A program made the position numbers and the translations under genes. From an uncultured Nitrososphaerota archaeon (GTDB taxonomy: Archaea; Thermoproteota; Nitrososphaeria; Nitrososphaerales; Nitrosopumilaceae), in the NCBI GenBank assembly GCA_963824385.1, contig CAWGPD010000004.1, forward strand, positions 608,001 through 672,000: a stretch of 64,000 nt of DNA, in the 5' to 3' direction. This document shows, in pieces, positions 22,695 through 33,401 of this stretch (within the stretch, counting starts at the first letter, position 1; each line of letters starts with the position of its first letter). Below the pieces are notes generated by a model. The model had not been told where the DNA came from. It saw only the letters and a list, made by a program, of their open reading frames with translations, and did no database searches.

Positions 22695-23280
22695 ATCCCA
22701 CTATTCCGTTTTCGTTTACTGACCACACTGCTGGTTTAATCCATAAATTGCCATCATTATCAGCTTCAAAATAAAGAGTTGCCAATACATTTGAGGGAGC
22801 AGCTTGAAGTGAAGCTGGTCCTGCAAAGGCTTTTCCTGTTAACGGATTATACATGCTTCCATGACATGGACATTCCCCTCTTTTTCTACCTTCCTGAGGC
22901 CAGTATTTCCATAAACACCATAAATGTAAACAGACCATACTATATGCACGAAATGCGGTAACATCATCTACATTACCACCAAGTTCATCAGGTAATCGAA
23001 TAAACTGCCATTTTTTAAATGCCTCTTGATCAAGAACACTATCTCCAGTTTTTGGATAGGTAATAACCTCGGAGTGATTTTTGGGAAAAGTCTTGACATT
23101 TGCCTGTGTTCCATCTGGTAGTATAACTTGTGCCTTCTCCAAAGATGCATTTGATGGGTTTGGCATGAATTTACCCCATGGAATAAAAGGTGTAAAAGTC
23201 AAGCCAACACCTGCAGCAGCTAATAATTTAAGAAAATCACGTCGTGATAGAGGATCCTTGTGAGAATCTTGCTCAGACAT
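22672..23280 (-). CDS. Rieske iron-sulfur subunit of complex III with Tat signal
   Basis: SRRDFLK Tat motif, CLHLWC and CPCHGS boxes. Confidence 0.92.
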   Translation of the reverse strand: MSEQDSHKDPLSRRDFLKLLAAAGVGLTFTPFIPWGKFMPNPSNASLEKAQVILPDGTQANVKTFPKNHSEVITYPKTGDSVLDQEAFKKWQFIRLPDELGGNVDDVTAFRAYSMVCLHLWCLWKYWPQEGRKRGECPCHGSMYNPLTGKAFAGPASLQAAPSNVLATLYFEADNDGNLWIKPAVWSVNENGIVGYGRFLKT

Positions 23281-23319
23281 TCAAAGCTCCGTTTCGGAAA
23301 AATTGCATATAAACCTTGT

Positions 23320-26300
23320 CTAACTTCTTTGTGAAATTTTTAATTTTTTCCAAGTAAAAATGGTTATTGTTGATGCTATTGCAATTCCTATCACAATTTC
23401 AATCAAAGTTGTAAAATTCTGATCGCTGTTATATTGACTTGAGGATGATGCGCCAAGACCGGAATTGTCTACGGTTAGTACAATATTTGCCATTTTTATA
23501 TTTCCTGCTCTGTCTTGTGCGACAGTCTCAATAATATAATTTCCATTGGCAAGAGACGTGGTATCAAATTGAATACTTTTAACATCGTGGAATGTCTGTT
23601 TAGGAGTTTTTACAGTCAACCAATCTTGTGGTGCAAGATTCAAATCATTTACATCCAAATCAATATTGACCACTCCGGAAACTACAGAATAATTCTTTGG
23701 TGATTGCAGTATAATTTCTGGCGGAGTATTGTCTACTACAAATTTGAATTCTTTAGATATACTATGCCCAACAGTATCGGTTATTACAAATTTAAGATCA
23801 TGTTCCCCTTCTGAAAGATTTCGAATATCATTTGTTAGTTTGTTTTGATCAATTATCTGTGCTGTCTCGTTGTCAAGATAGTATTCTTTATCTTCAATAC
23901 TCTGACCAATAATTTTTGGATTGATTACATAATTACTATTTATGAAAAGTGGAATGTCTAGAATCAATTGAGGAGATGATTCTATTGGCAAGAGTGTAGA
24001 GAATTCAGTATCAATTGTGATAGGTTCTGCAATTGATCTTCCACCAAATAATGGTGCATGTATCAATAATGAATAAACTCCAGTTTGGTTTAGAGAAGCA
24101 AATAATACAGTAGATGTTGCGTTTGTATTTTTTTCTGGATAAAATCCACCACCCTCACTAAAGGCTGGACTTGGTCCGAGCCAATCACCAGTTGGCCATC
24201 CTTGAAATTGTCCAAGTACACCAGGTGGACTATTTGTTTGAATAATTCTTCCTTGTGGGTCTATCAAAAATACAGATAGATTAGTATCAGGATCTTTCCA
24301 AGATAGATTCATGGCTACTGAATTAATTGTCTTGTCAGTGACATCAAAATAATATTGTCGCCAATCTCCAGCGTTGTATCTATTTGCCATGTCAAATCCG
24401 CCTCCAATGTAACCATTTCCATATAGTGCATCACCATTTTGTCCTTCTATTACAGTAGGCAAATCTTTTGGTTGTAGTTTTTTCATTACAGCATATGATA
24501 CTGGAACATTAACTGTATGCAAATCATCTTTAAAGTTGATAAAAGCTTGATACAGTCCAGGAGTCACATCTGAAGGAACAATTAGAGTAGCTATAACATT
24601 AGCTGTTCCATGAGGTTCGATCTGAACATTTTTTGAGTCTAACAATACATCGTTCCAAGGTATTTTTTTGTAATAGCTTGCAGTCAAAGTAAAATTAGAA
24701 GATGTTGAATTTTTCTTTGTGTCCCCAGTCCAATAGGAGTATCTAGTAGGCACTGGATAAACTCCAACTAATGGCGTGTGTTTTATCTGTGCTGCAGGTT
24801 CAGAAACTCTAAGTTCTTGCACAGTTCCCCATGCACCACCTCTATTGATTAAAGAGAGATCCTTTGAGGAAGGCACAGAACTATCATTTTTTTTATTCCA
24901 ATCATACAGATACAATGATGAAATCTTCATGTCATCAGCATATGTTTTTGCAGATGAATTCATGAATTGTGAGAACGGAGATGTCAAATCAAGGATCAAT
25001 AGAGAAGCATCGTCTGGAATAGATTTTGTTTTTTCAAAAGAAGATGTAAGGCTGGTATGATTTTCTATTTCTTGTAACGGAATGTAATTTGGTCTATACA
25101 CTCCTGGTTTTTTTATGAATGGATCCTGTAATCGTACTTGAGTTGTTCCATTATAAGTATCAAGTTTTATCAATTCAAGTTTTTGTGGTTGAATATCTAC
25201 TTCCAGAGTATGATTTGTTGGATTTACTATTGTAAAAGTAGCAGATGTGTTATCTCCTGGAAATAATCTACCTCCAAACCAAGATGTTTCAGGCAATGAG
25301 GAATTTGTAAATTCAATATTCTTCAAACCTACAGAAGATGAGTTCATTGTTTGCAATGCAGGTTCCAAGATTTTCTTTATGTTAGAATATGATGCATTAT
25401 TATAAACTTCAAAGACATCATCGTTTCCTAGTACAAAATTAATGGCTCTTGTTATATTTACCAATCCGGAGCCTTGTGAAAAAGGATCATTACCCAAATC
25501 AGTCGCAGTTGACATGAGAATATTTTTTATTGTAAAAGAATTGTAAGTGATGTTGTTATCTTTTAGACTCTCCATAAGAATAGCTGCAGAACCTGCCACT
25601 AGAGGTGCTGCCAAGCTTAGTTCCTCCAAACAGTCCATATTTACCAGTACTATTTTTACTAATTTGTGACACCGATGTAGGAGTATAGCTATACTCTCCT
25701 ACGGCCATTAGATCTGGTTTAGGATCTCCTATTAGAGATGGGCCTTTACTGGAAAAGCCAGATACCTCACCATAATGAGAAGTATTGTTACCAAATCTTG
25801 GCTGATTCTTGAATGGACCATAACCAACAAAAACATTGTCAGTCACTGCTCCCACCGTTATACCAAATGGTGCAGCATCAGGAGTTCCCATAGTTCCATA
25901 ACCAGGTCCTGCATTTCCAGCACTACTAACTGTCAATATTCCAGGATAATTTACATCAAGAGAATGAGGAACTGAAAGTGCGCCAAGTAAAAGTGATTGT
26001 ACATCAAGTCCTGGAACTGATTGAAGTGCAGGAAAAGTCGATATCCCCCAACTGTTTGACAATATATCCACTCTATGATTTCCTGTGTATTTCCATTGAT
26101 TTTTTTCTTGGTCAAATCCTGCTGCCCAGAGCCAACCGTAAATTGCATCACCTAACCAAAGTGCCTTAATTGGAACAATTTTTGCACCAGGAGCAACTCC
26201 CCTTATATGATATTTGATAGATGTACCATACACGTCATAACTTTCTTTTCCAGCTGATACAATAGAACCAGCAGTTCCTGTTCCATGGCCTCCAAAATCA

Positions 26301-27574
26301 TACATCACTCCAAAGAAATTTCCATGAGGATCAAGTGGAGGAAGAAGTGTACCGTTGATTGCCCCTAAATTTTTGTTAAGTAAAGACGGTTTTGCAATAA
26401 CTCCATATACATCCAAAACATGTGCTCCAACTGTTCCTGCACTATAGTCTGATTTTCCATTATGTTTTGAATCATACACAAGATACTCATTACCGCCACC
26501 TAAAGTAATGGGCTTTTCATTGGTAAAATCAAAATCATATTTTGGTAAAATAGGATTATCGAATTTTACAAAGTCTTTCCAAGAATCTGACATGTCTGCA
26601 ATTATAGTATCATACAAACCTGGAATGTTTGAGTCAACGACAAGAACTGGCACCGTTTGCAGTCTAAATAATTCACCATAAGAGATATTCTCATATATCA
26701 TACCAAAATGGTAAACACCACTTTTTGAAACAATAAAGTGTTTTGGATCTTTTCCTATCTTATAATCATCAAAGACAGTTCCATTTAAGATAGTATTACC
26801 ACCTTTTGGGTATAGAGAGTTATAGACTTGAACATATGTTCCCTTACCTTTTTTGTTCAGATCAAGAAATACTCCTTTTGAAGTAACATAAACAGAAGAT
26901 GCTACATTTTTTGGAATAGATTTGGTATAATTTTGCATTATTCCATGACTATCTATATTTGCAACAAATGTTGTATTTGTTAATACAATTCCTTGACCAT
27001 CTGCATCAATCATCACTGGAATGTTGTTCCCATCACGAGCTACAGAATTCTTCATATCAGGATTTGAAAAATCAGTCCCAGTATCCACTATTCCAATATT
27101 GATGCCATTTCCCGAATATCCATAACTTTGGAAAACTTTGTCAGAGCCTAGAATTTGATCAATTCTTGAAACTTCAGCTATTGGAAGATCAGGTTTTAGT
27201 GAGTCAAATTCTAATGGTAAATCCTCAATTACATCATATCCATTTAATTTTAAATTGGAGACTTGATCCTGATTAAAAAAACCCATGGCAAAAGATCCAT
27301 GACCCAAGTCTGCCCCATAAGTCACATGGCTGACTTGTGATATAATGTCTGTAACAGAACCAGAGCCAAAAACTATGTATCGTTTAATTGGATTTTGATC
27401 CACAGATGGTTGAAAGTTTATGAGATCTGAGACTTGATTTACAGTAACATCTGTTGTAATTTTTGGAAGATCTACATCGTATGAACCAATTGCCGATTTT
27501 GGAAAGAGAGAAAATAACAAAATACAAATCAAAAAAAACCCTGTTTTTGAAATGATGCTTTTGTTTTTTAGCAT
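23320..27574 (-). CDS. Large surface-anchored S8 (subtilase) serine protease; frameshift near 25618
   Basis: Signal peptide, IVDTG, GHGT, SAGN, GGT-S-LAAP after removing one A; Ig-like domains, C-terminal TM plus basic tail. Confidence 0.88.
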
Positions 27575-27579
27575 GGAGT

Positions 27580-28566
27580 CTAACGTCGCCTAGCAAGAAT
27601 TGTTATTTGTAGTGCTATAATTATCGCTATAAGAGCAACAACAGGAAGAAATAATGAATTAAATTGTCCGGATGCTTCCTCAATATTTTGAACTGAATCG
27701 GACATTGTTGATACACTTTTGTTTAGGTTCTGGTTTGCCTGAATTATAGATCGTTGTCCGGTATCTAGAACAGTACCAAATCCTTGGATCTCAGTTTTGA
27801 GTATATCAAGTTCTTGTGAAGTAGAATTAAGAACAGAATTTAATTTCAATATTTGATTAGAAATTCCCTCTATGTTTTGCTTAAGAACTTGGGTAGCAGC
27901 TGAGCCATGAGAGACAGTTCCCTGATCAAAGTATACTATATGAAAAACATATGTTCCCTCTTGTGTAGGAGTATAATCTACAAAATAGAGACCCTGGTGA
28001 AGAGTCATTAAAGAATTTGCAAGACTTTCTACAGCACCAGATGGAAGATGAACATGTGAGGTAGCCAGTATTTTCGACGGATCACCTGCTACTAACAATC
28101 CGTCACTTGTGACTTGAACAAAAACTCGAAATGTTTGGTTAATTGCAGCAGTCTGAGGTGCAAATACTACAACATTTACAACTCTTTGAATAGGAATTTG
28201 TTCTAATGCTGATGATGGAGCAAATTTTACATCGACTTTTTGAGATTGCCCTTGCTCCTTTGAAGCAATTGCCTCAACAGTATAAGTCCCATATGCATAT
28301 GTCGAAGTAGCATTTGGCCATTTGATTAGTATGTGTTCAAAGTTTCCATCAGAATCAGCCGTGATCTGATCAAATTGTGATATAGTACCATCAGGTGCAA
28401 AAAGTCTTATTATAATTGGCTCACTTGGCAGACCGGTTCCATAAACTAGAAGTGGTTGACCTTCCGAGTAAACTTGTCTATCAGTAGACATTTGTAAAGC
28501 ATAAGCAGAGGTTAAGAGATTACCTAAAACGATAAAAACTATGAACATAGTTATTAGTAGTTTCAA
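27580..28566 (-). CDS. Secreted, C-terminally anchored protein with coiled coil
   Basis: Signal peptide, beta-rich region, heptad-like C-terminal region, TM helix ending in RRR. Confidence 0.7.
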   Translation of the reverse strand: MKLLITMFIVFIVLGNLLTSAYALQMSTDRQVYSEGQPLLVYGTGLPSEPIIIRLFAPDGTISQFDQITADSDGNFEHILIKWPNATSTYAYGTYTVEAIASKEQGQSQKVDVKFAPSSALEQIPIQRVVNVVVFAPQTAAINQTFRVFVQVTSDGLLVAGDPSKILATSHVHLPSGAVESLANSLMTLHQGLYFVDYTPTQEGTYVFHIVYFDQGTVSHGSAATQVLKQNIEGISNQILKLNSVLNSTSQELDILKTEIQGFGTVLDTGQRSIIQANQNLNKSVSTMSDSVQNIEEASGQFNSLFLPVVALIAIIIALQITILARRR

Positions 28567-28660
28567 TCTATTGATAATTTCGTTAACCCATAGATATTGG
28601 TTCTGTTATTGTAAATGTAGACTTGAAAAAGAATTAACGAAATATGTAATGATGAGAACT

Positions 28661-29293
28661 TTATTCCTGCTGGTATCTTTCTGAATTCATAGAATTTATT
28701 GCAACCATTGAAAAGATTGATTGTTCGTTTTTTAGTATTGTCAAAGATGCGTTTCTTATTATCATTTCATATAATGATTCAGGGCTAGGTTGAAGAATAG
28801 TCGATATTATGGATTTTATAGGATCCATGTGCGTAACAAGTAAAATAGTTTCTTCATTGTGTTTTTTTGTACAATGATCAACCATGTCCAAAATTCGTTT
28901 TTTTACATTTGAAAATGTCTCTATTCCATTATTTTCAACTACTGGATGACCTTGATAGAACTTTAAGAAAACATTTCCATGTTTTTCAAACATTTCATCA
29001 TAATGCATTCCGGTAAATGTACCCATATCTATTTCCGTTAATCTTTCATCAACATCACATCTCAAATTCACCTTGTTTGCAACTATTCTAGCAGTCTGCT
29101 CTGCTCTCTCTATAGGACTACAATATATCTTTGAAATACTGAGAGGTTTAAGAAAATCTCCTATTTTTTCAGCCTGTTGAGTGCCTAATTCTGTAAGTGG
29201 AAATCCTTTTGTGCGTCCAGCTAGAATCCTCTCAACATTATTTTTAGCTTGACCATGTCGTAGAAAAAGAAATAATGTCAATAACGATTGCAT
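28661..29293 (-). CDS. Histidine phosphatase (phosphoglycerate mutase family)
   Basis: LRHGQ, LT..G..QA, SP.ERA.QTA, LVTH, NAS. Confidence 0.9.
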   Translation of the reverse strand: MQSLLTLFLFLRHGQAKNNVERILAGRTKGFPLTELGTQQAEKIGDFLKPLSISKIYCSPIERAEQTARIVANKVNLRCDVDERLTEIDMGTFTGMHYDEMFEKHGNVFLKFYQGHPVVENNGIETFSNVKKRILDMVDHCTKKHNEETILLVTHMDPIKSIISTILQPSPESLYEMIIRNASLTILKNEQSIFSMVAINSMNSERYQQE

Positions 29294-29336
29294 TTATTGA
29301 ATAAAGATAATAATAACATTACCTGTTCAGAATTTC

Positions 29337-30009
29337 GTGAAGATTGGAATAATTGGCGGAACTGGCGGAATGGGTAAGGGATTTGCCTTAAGATGGTGTG
29401 AAAATCATGATATCATAATAGGGTTCAAGAGAAGCTACCAAGGCAGAAGAAGCTGCTAAAGAATATTCAAATCTTGCACAAAAAGAATATGGCTCTTTCA
29501 ATGGCAAGATCACTGGAAAAGACAATACTACAGTTGCAAAAGAAAGCGATGTTCTAGTTTTATCAATCCCATATGAAAATATTGATGCAATATGTTCTCA
29601 ACTTTTACCTAATGTGAGAGATGATTGTACAGTAATATCACCAATAGTTCCCTTGACAAAGACTGATGCTGGTTTTGAATTCATTTCGTTTAAAGACAAA
29701 AAACCATCAGCGTTTGAGTTGGTACAAAAACATATGAAAAATAAATCAAAGTTAGTATCTGCATTTCATACCATATCAGAGAAAAAACTGATTGATCCTA
29801 AACTCTTACTGGATTCAGACATTTTTGTTTGCGGAGATTCTGACGATTCAATAAATATAGTACGTCAGTTAATAACAGAGATAAAAAATCTTAGACCCAT
29901 AATATTAGGACCAGGTTCTTTGTCATATCTAGCTGAAGTAGCAACTCCCATTCTTCTTAACGCAATGATAAAGAATAAGATGAAGAATCCGGGCATAAAG
30001 ATAATCTAG
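29337..30009 (+). CDS. npdG: NADPH-dependent F420 reductase; frameshift near 29420
   Basis: GTG start, KIGIIGGTGGMGKGFALRW, GSR, SPIVPL, VSAFHTIS, VCGD. Confidence 0.85.
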
Positions 30010-30031
30010 TTACTATTTTACAAATATAATA

Positions 30032-30256
30032 ATGGGCAAAGTTAGAAGAAAAAATTGGTTTACAGCAATGGGTATATTGTTTCTTGTTGTAACTGTAATT
30101 CCCATAGTAAGAGATTTGCTTATTTGGGGGCCAGAATTTACTTCTGACTTTTTTACATCCTCAGACATAACAAGTGAAAAGATATCAATAGGCATATTAG
30201 GAATTGCTGGATTTCTTATTGTTTTAGGATTAAGGGGGGAAAATTATGAAGAGTAA
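30032..30256 (+). CDS. Small two-TM membrane protein
   Basis: Two hydrophobic segments; overlaps the start of the next gene. Confidence 0.65.
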   Translation: MGKVRRKNWFTAMGILFLVVTVIPIVRDLLIWGPEFTSDFFTSSDITSEKISIGILGIAGFLIVLGLRGENYEE

Positions 30257-30644
30257 GGAATTTCTCAAATCACAGAAGATTTTACGTCTTGCTTCAATAG
30301 ATCCCTCCGGAAATCCTCACATCGTTCCTGTCTGGTACATGTATGATAATGACAAATTCTATGTAGGAACCAATACAAAGACAAGAAAAGCAAAGAATAT
30401 CAAAAAGAATGCAAAGGTCTCATTTTGTATCGACGTTGGAATAAAGTCACCAGATATTGTTGGAATGATGGGAATTGGAAGAGCTAGATTAATTTTGAAA
30501 ACAGATAGAGTTGAACAATTAGCAGAAAAAATTCTACTTCGTTATTTTAAAACTCTAAAAAATCAGTCTGCCCAGCAACTCCTACACCAAACTGATTGCA
30601 TCATTGAAATTATTCCCAAAAAGATTACAAATTGGAAATATTAG
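30246..30644 (+). CDS. Pyridoxamine 5'-phosphate oxidase-like (split-barrel flavin/F420-binding) protein
   Basis: LASIDPSGNPHIVPVWY, TRKAKNIKKNAKVSF; near npdG. Confidence 0.85.
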   Translation: MKSKEFLKSQKILRLASIDPSGNPHIVPVWYMYDNDKFYVGTNTKTRKAKNIKKNAKVSFCIDVGIKSPDIVGMMGIGRARLILKTDRVEQLAEKILLRYFKTLKNQSAQQLLHQTDCIIEIIPKKITNWKY

Positions 30645-31813
30645 GTAACAAATTTTTCGATTTTGTTCAACGCCTCTTCTAAAAGGGGGATTTCTGGCAA
30701 GAAAACCATTCTAAAGTGACCTGTACCATATTGAGTTCCAAATCCAGATCCATGAACTGTCAAAATACCAGTTGTCTTCAATAATTGTATTACAAATTCC
30801 TTGTCAGAACTATACTTGTTATCTTCAATCTTTGGAAATGCGTAAAAAGCTCCTTTTGGATTTGAACAACTAATACTAGGCATGTCATTTAATCTCTTGA
30901 TGGTATAATCCCGTCTTTTTTTAAGTTCAGAGACAAATTTTGTTACATAATCTTGTGGTCCTTTGAGTGATTCTAATGCAGCATATTGTACAGGTAAATT
31001 GGTAGCAATTCTTACTCTAGATAACTTGGGTACATTCTCTCTTAGTAATTCTAGTTTTTTTGATTGATTAAATGCAATATACCCTATTCGCCAGCCAGAC
31101 ATCAGATGAACTTTGGAAAATCCATTTAACAAAATTACAGGAGAATCACCACTAACTTTTCCTATACCTGTGAATTTTTCGTCAAAGACTATTTGATCAT
31201 ATATCTCGTCACAGATGATATAGAGATCATGCTCATTGGCCAAATCAACCAAATCTTTTAGAGATTTCTCACTAAATACAACACCGGTGGGATTATTTGG
31301 GCTGATAAGACATATGGCAACAGTTTTAGATGTAATTTTTGATCTGATATCATCTAGATCAGGAGTAGAGTTGTGTAGATCTACCAAGAATTCAATTGGT
31401 TTTCCTCCAAATAATCGGACATATGATGCATAAGGAGGATAGTATGGACCAGGAATTAGTACCTCATCGCCTTGTTCCACAATGGATGCCATGATCATCT
31501 CAAGGCCTTCAGAGACTCCATTTGTTACTAGTACATCATCTTCTAAAACTCTAAGACCCTTTACTGCCTCTTTTTTTGATATTGCTTCACGTAATTCGGG
31601 TAAACCTTCTGAAGACGCATAATAATTTTGACCATCCTTTACAGCTTTGATTAGTGCTTCTTTAACTCTGTCAGGAGGCTGAAATCCATACTGGAGCGGA
31701 TCACCTATGTTAAGATAGGTAATTTTCTTGCCTTGTTTTTGTAGTTTCCTAGCTTCTAGTGCAATATCCCGTATTGCATATTCTACTCCTGCTACTCTTT
31801 GTGATATCTTCAA
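30641..31813 (-). CDS. Class I/II PLP aminotransferase (alanine aminotransferase-like)
   Basis: YAIRD, LNIGDP, NGVSE, PNNPTG, DEIYD, GFSKVHLMSGWRIGY. Confidence 0.9.
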   Translation of the reverse strand: MKISQRVAGVEYAIRDIALEARKLQKQGKKITYLNIGDPLQYGFQPPDRVKEALIKAVKDGQNYYASSEGLPELREAISKKEAVKGLRVLEDDVLVTNGVSEGLEMIMASIVEQGDEVLIPGPYYPPYASYVRLFGGKPIEFLVDLHNSTPDLDDIRSKITSKTVAICLISPNNPTGVVFSEKSLKDLVDLANEHDLYIICDEIYDQIVFDEKFTGIGKVSGDSPVILLNGFSKVHLMSGWRIGYIAFNQSKKLELLRENVPKLSRVRIATNLPVQYAALESLKGPQDYVTKFVSELKKRRDYTIKRLNDMPSISCSNPKGAFYAFPKIEDNKYSSDKEFVIQLLKTTGILTVHGSGFGTQYGTGHFRMVFLPEIPLLEEALNKIEKFVT

Positions 31814-31856
31814 TTACCTAGACAGATATTTAGCCCCGTTAAATTCTTACTTGATC

Positions 31857-31931
31857 GGACCCGTTGCATAGCCCGGATAGTGCGGATGGCTTCGGACCAT
31901 CAGGTCGTGGGTTCGAATCCCACCGGGCCCT
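31857..31931 (+). tRNA. tRNA-Arg (TCG)
   Basis: GATGG CT TCG GA CCATC anticodon arm, GTGGG TTCGAAT CCCAC T-arm; one acceptor-stem mismatch. Confidence 0.88.
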
Positions 31932-31971
31932 TGATATTATAAATAGATAGACTTTGTTACACATTATAATT

Positions 31972-32466
31972 ATGAGACTTCCGATTTCTTTATTTTATAT
32001 AGGAATAATATTGATCATATCAGGATCAATTTGGGCAGGAATTATCTTATCTGAAGCTAACAAAAGTGTAGATAGTTTTCATTTAGGAAATTCTGAGGTT
32101 GGTACTACATCATTAAAAGTTCAAGGAAATGGAATTGGGTTTTATTTGATATCTTCTGAAAGTTATCAAAATAATATTCTTGCCAAGGTGATAGATTCAC
32201 ATGGAAATTTTCTAGACATAAGAAAGATAACCAACAAAGTTACAGTAGACTATTTTCATTTTGAACACAATGACCAAGTTACATTAGAATTGACTAATCT
32301 TTCTGACAATCCTGTACAATTATCTATTACAATAGGGGATACAAGAGTTTCAGAAATCATGTTACCTGCAATACTAATATTAGCAGGAGTCTTGATTTTG
32401 GTATTTTCAGGATTTAAAAAACTAAGAAATTACATTACAGAACATCCAGATGAAAACAATTCATAA
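31972..32466 (+). CDS. Hypothetical membrane protein (N- and C-terminal TM)
   Basis: Hydrophobic helices at both ends with a beta-rich middle. Confidence 0.65.
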   Translation: MRLPISLFYIGIILIISGSIWAGIILSEANKSVDSFHLGNSEVGTTSLKVQGNGIGFYLISSESYQNNILAKVIDSHGNFLDIRKITNKVTVDYFHFEHNDQVTLELTNLSDNPVQLSITIGDTRVSEIMLPAILILAGVLILVFSGFKKLRNYITEHPDENNS

Positions 32467-33014
32467 ACTGGAATGCACAACATAGTTGCACCAACTAGCA
32501 ATGCAAGATTGAAACATATCCAAGTAGCAGAGAATAGAACATTTACAATCGCAAAAGGGATAACTTTTTTTGTCTTGTTATAACTAAATTTTGAAATTGT
32601 CAGAAAGCCGCCAATGGCGGTCAAAAGTAATCCAGATTCTATCGTAAGATGTGAAGCTGTGACTAGTCCATCAATGCCATATATTTCATGAAAATTGTAA
32701 TCAATATAACCTCCCACAAGTTGCATTATTGATCCAATTAGCAGTATGGTTATTCCCACAATGATCTTCTTGTTTTTTAGAGAAATTATAGTTCCAAATG
32801 CTGCAGAAAGTGCCACTATAGTCACTCCTGAATAGACAGAAACATGTTGAATGGTCCAAAAATGATCAGGAACCTTGAGAGCATGTGATGCAGAGTCCCA
32901 CATTCCTCCCAACAGTACTGTAGAGGTACCTAAAACAGCCATAATTGAAACTATGAGTAAAATTTCATTTTGTCTTGATAGAAACGAGTCAGAGATTATC
33001 TGCGTTATAGTCAT
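32430..33014 (-). CDS. Polytopic membrane protein with duplicated AmoC/PmoC-like D-x3-H-x12-H motif
   Basis: WDSASHALKVPDHFWTIQH and IDYNFHEIYGIDGLVTASH, each between TM helices; start taken at ATG 33014. Confidence 0.7.
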   Translation of the reverse strand: MTITQIISDSFLSRQNEILLIVSIMAVLGTSTVLLGGMWDSASHALKVPDHFWTIQHVSVYSGVTIVALSAAFGTIISLKNKKIIVGITILLIGSIMQLVGGYIDYNFHEIYGIDGLVTASHLTIESGLLLTAIGGFLTISKFSYNKTKKVIPFAIVNVLFSATWICFNLALLVGATMLCIPVYELFSSGCSVM

Positions 33015-33160
33015 ACTAAAACTCTGCAATGATCTTGCTATATAGAATTTTGTTATAGAATTTTTAGTGTTTGTGTTTACTGATTTTATGTTCATAAATC
33101 ATGAAATTTCACTTGAAAATTTAGGAAATGACTATTATACTTGTCAGAAGAAGAAATTGT

Positions 33161-33400
33161 ATGAACCCTGGCATAGGATTGATGAAACGAAGACTTCCAA
33201 CAGAAAAGGAAGCAATCCCGGTAGCAGTATCTGGAATTGTTCAGAAATATGGTGTCAAAGTAGATGATATCAAGACACTTGAAACAAAATTTGATGTGGA
33301 TAGTGGAGACTGGTACGTGGCTTTAGGATTTGGAGAAAAAAGAGCAATTGTGAAAATGGATTCTGTCCAAGGAACAATTACAGAGATTAAAGAAATTTAG
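33161..33400 (+). CDS. Small hypothetical protein (PepSY-like pattern)
   Basis: EKEA..A, WYV, VKMDSVQGTI pattern. Confidence 0.6.
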   Translation: MNPGIGLMKRRLPTEKEAIPVAVSGIVQKYGVKVDDIKTLETKFDVDSGDWYVALGFGEKRAIVKMDSVQGTITEIKEI

Positions 33401-33401
33401 T

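Noticed and set aside
20130..31931. Integrated element at the tRNA-Arg genes
   Set aside because: Flanking genes look like core genes; no integrase or duplicated tRNA 3' end noticed
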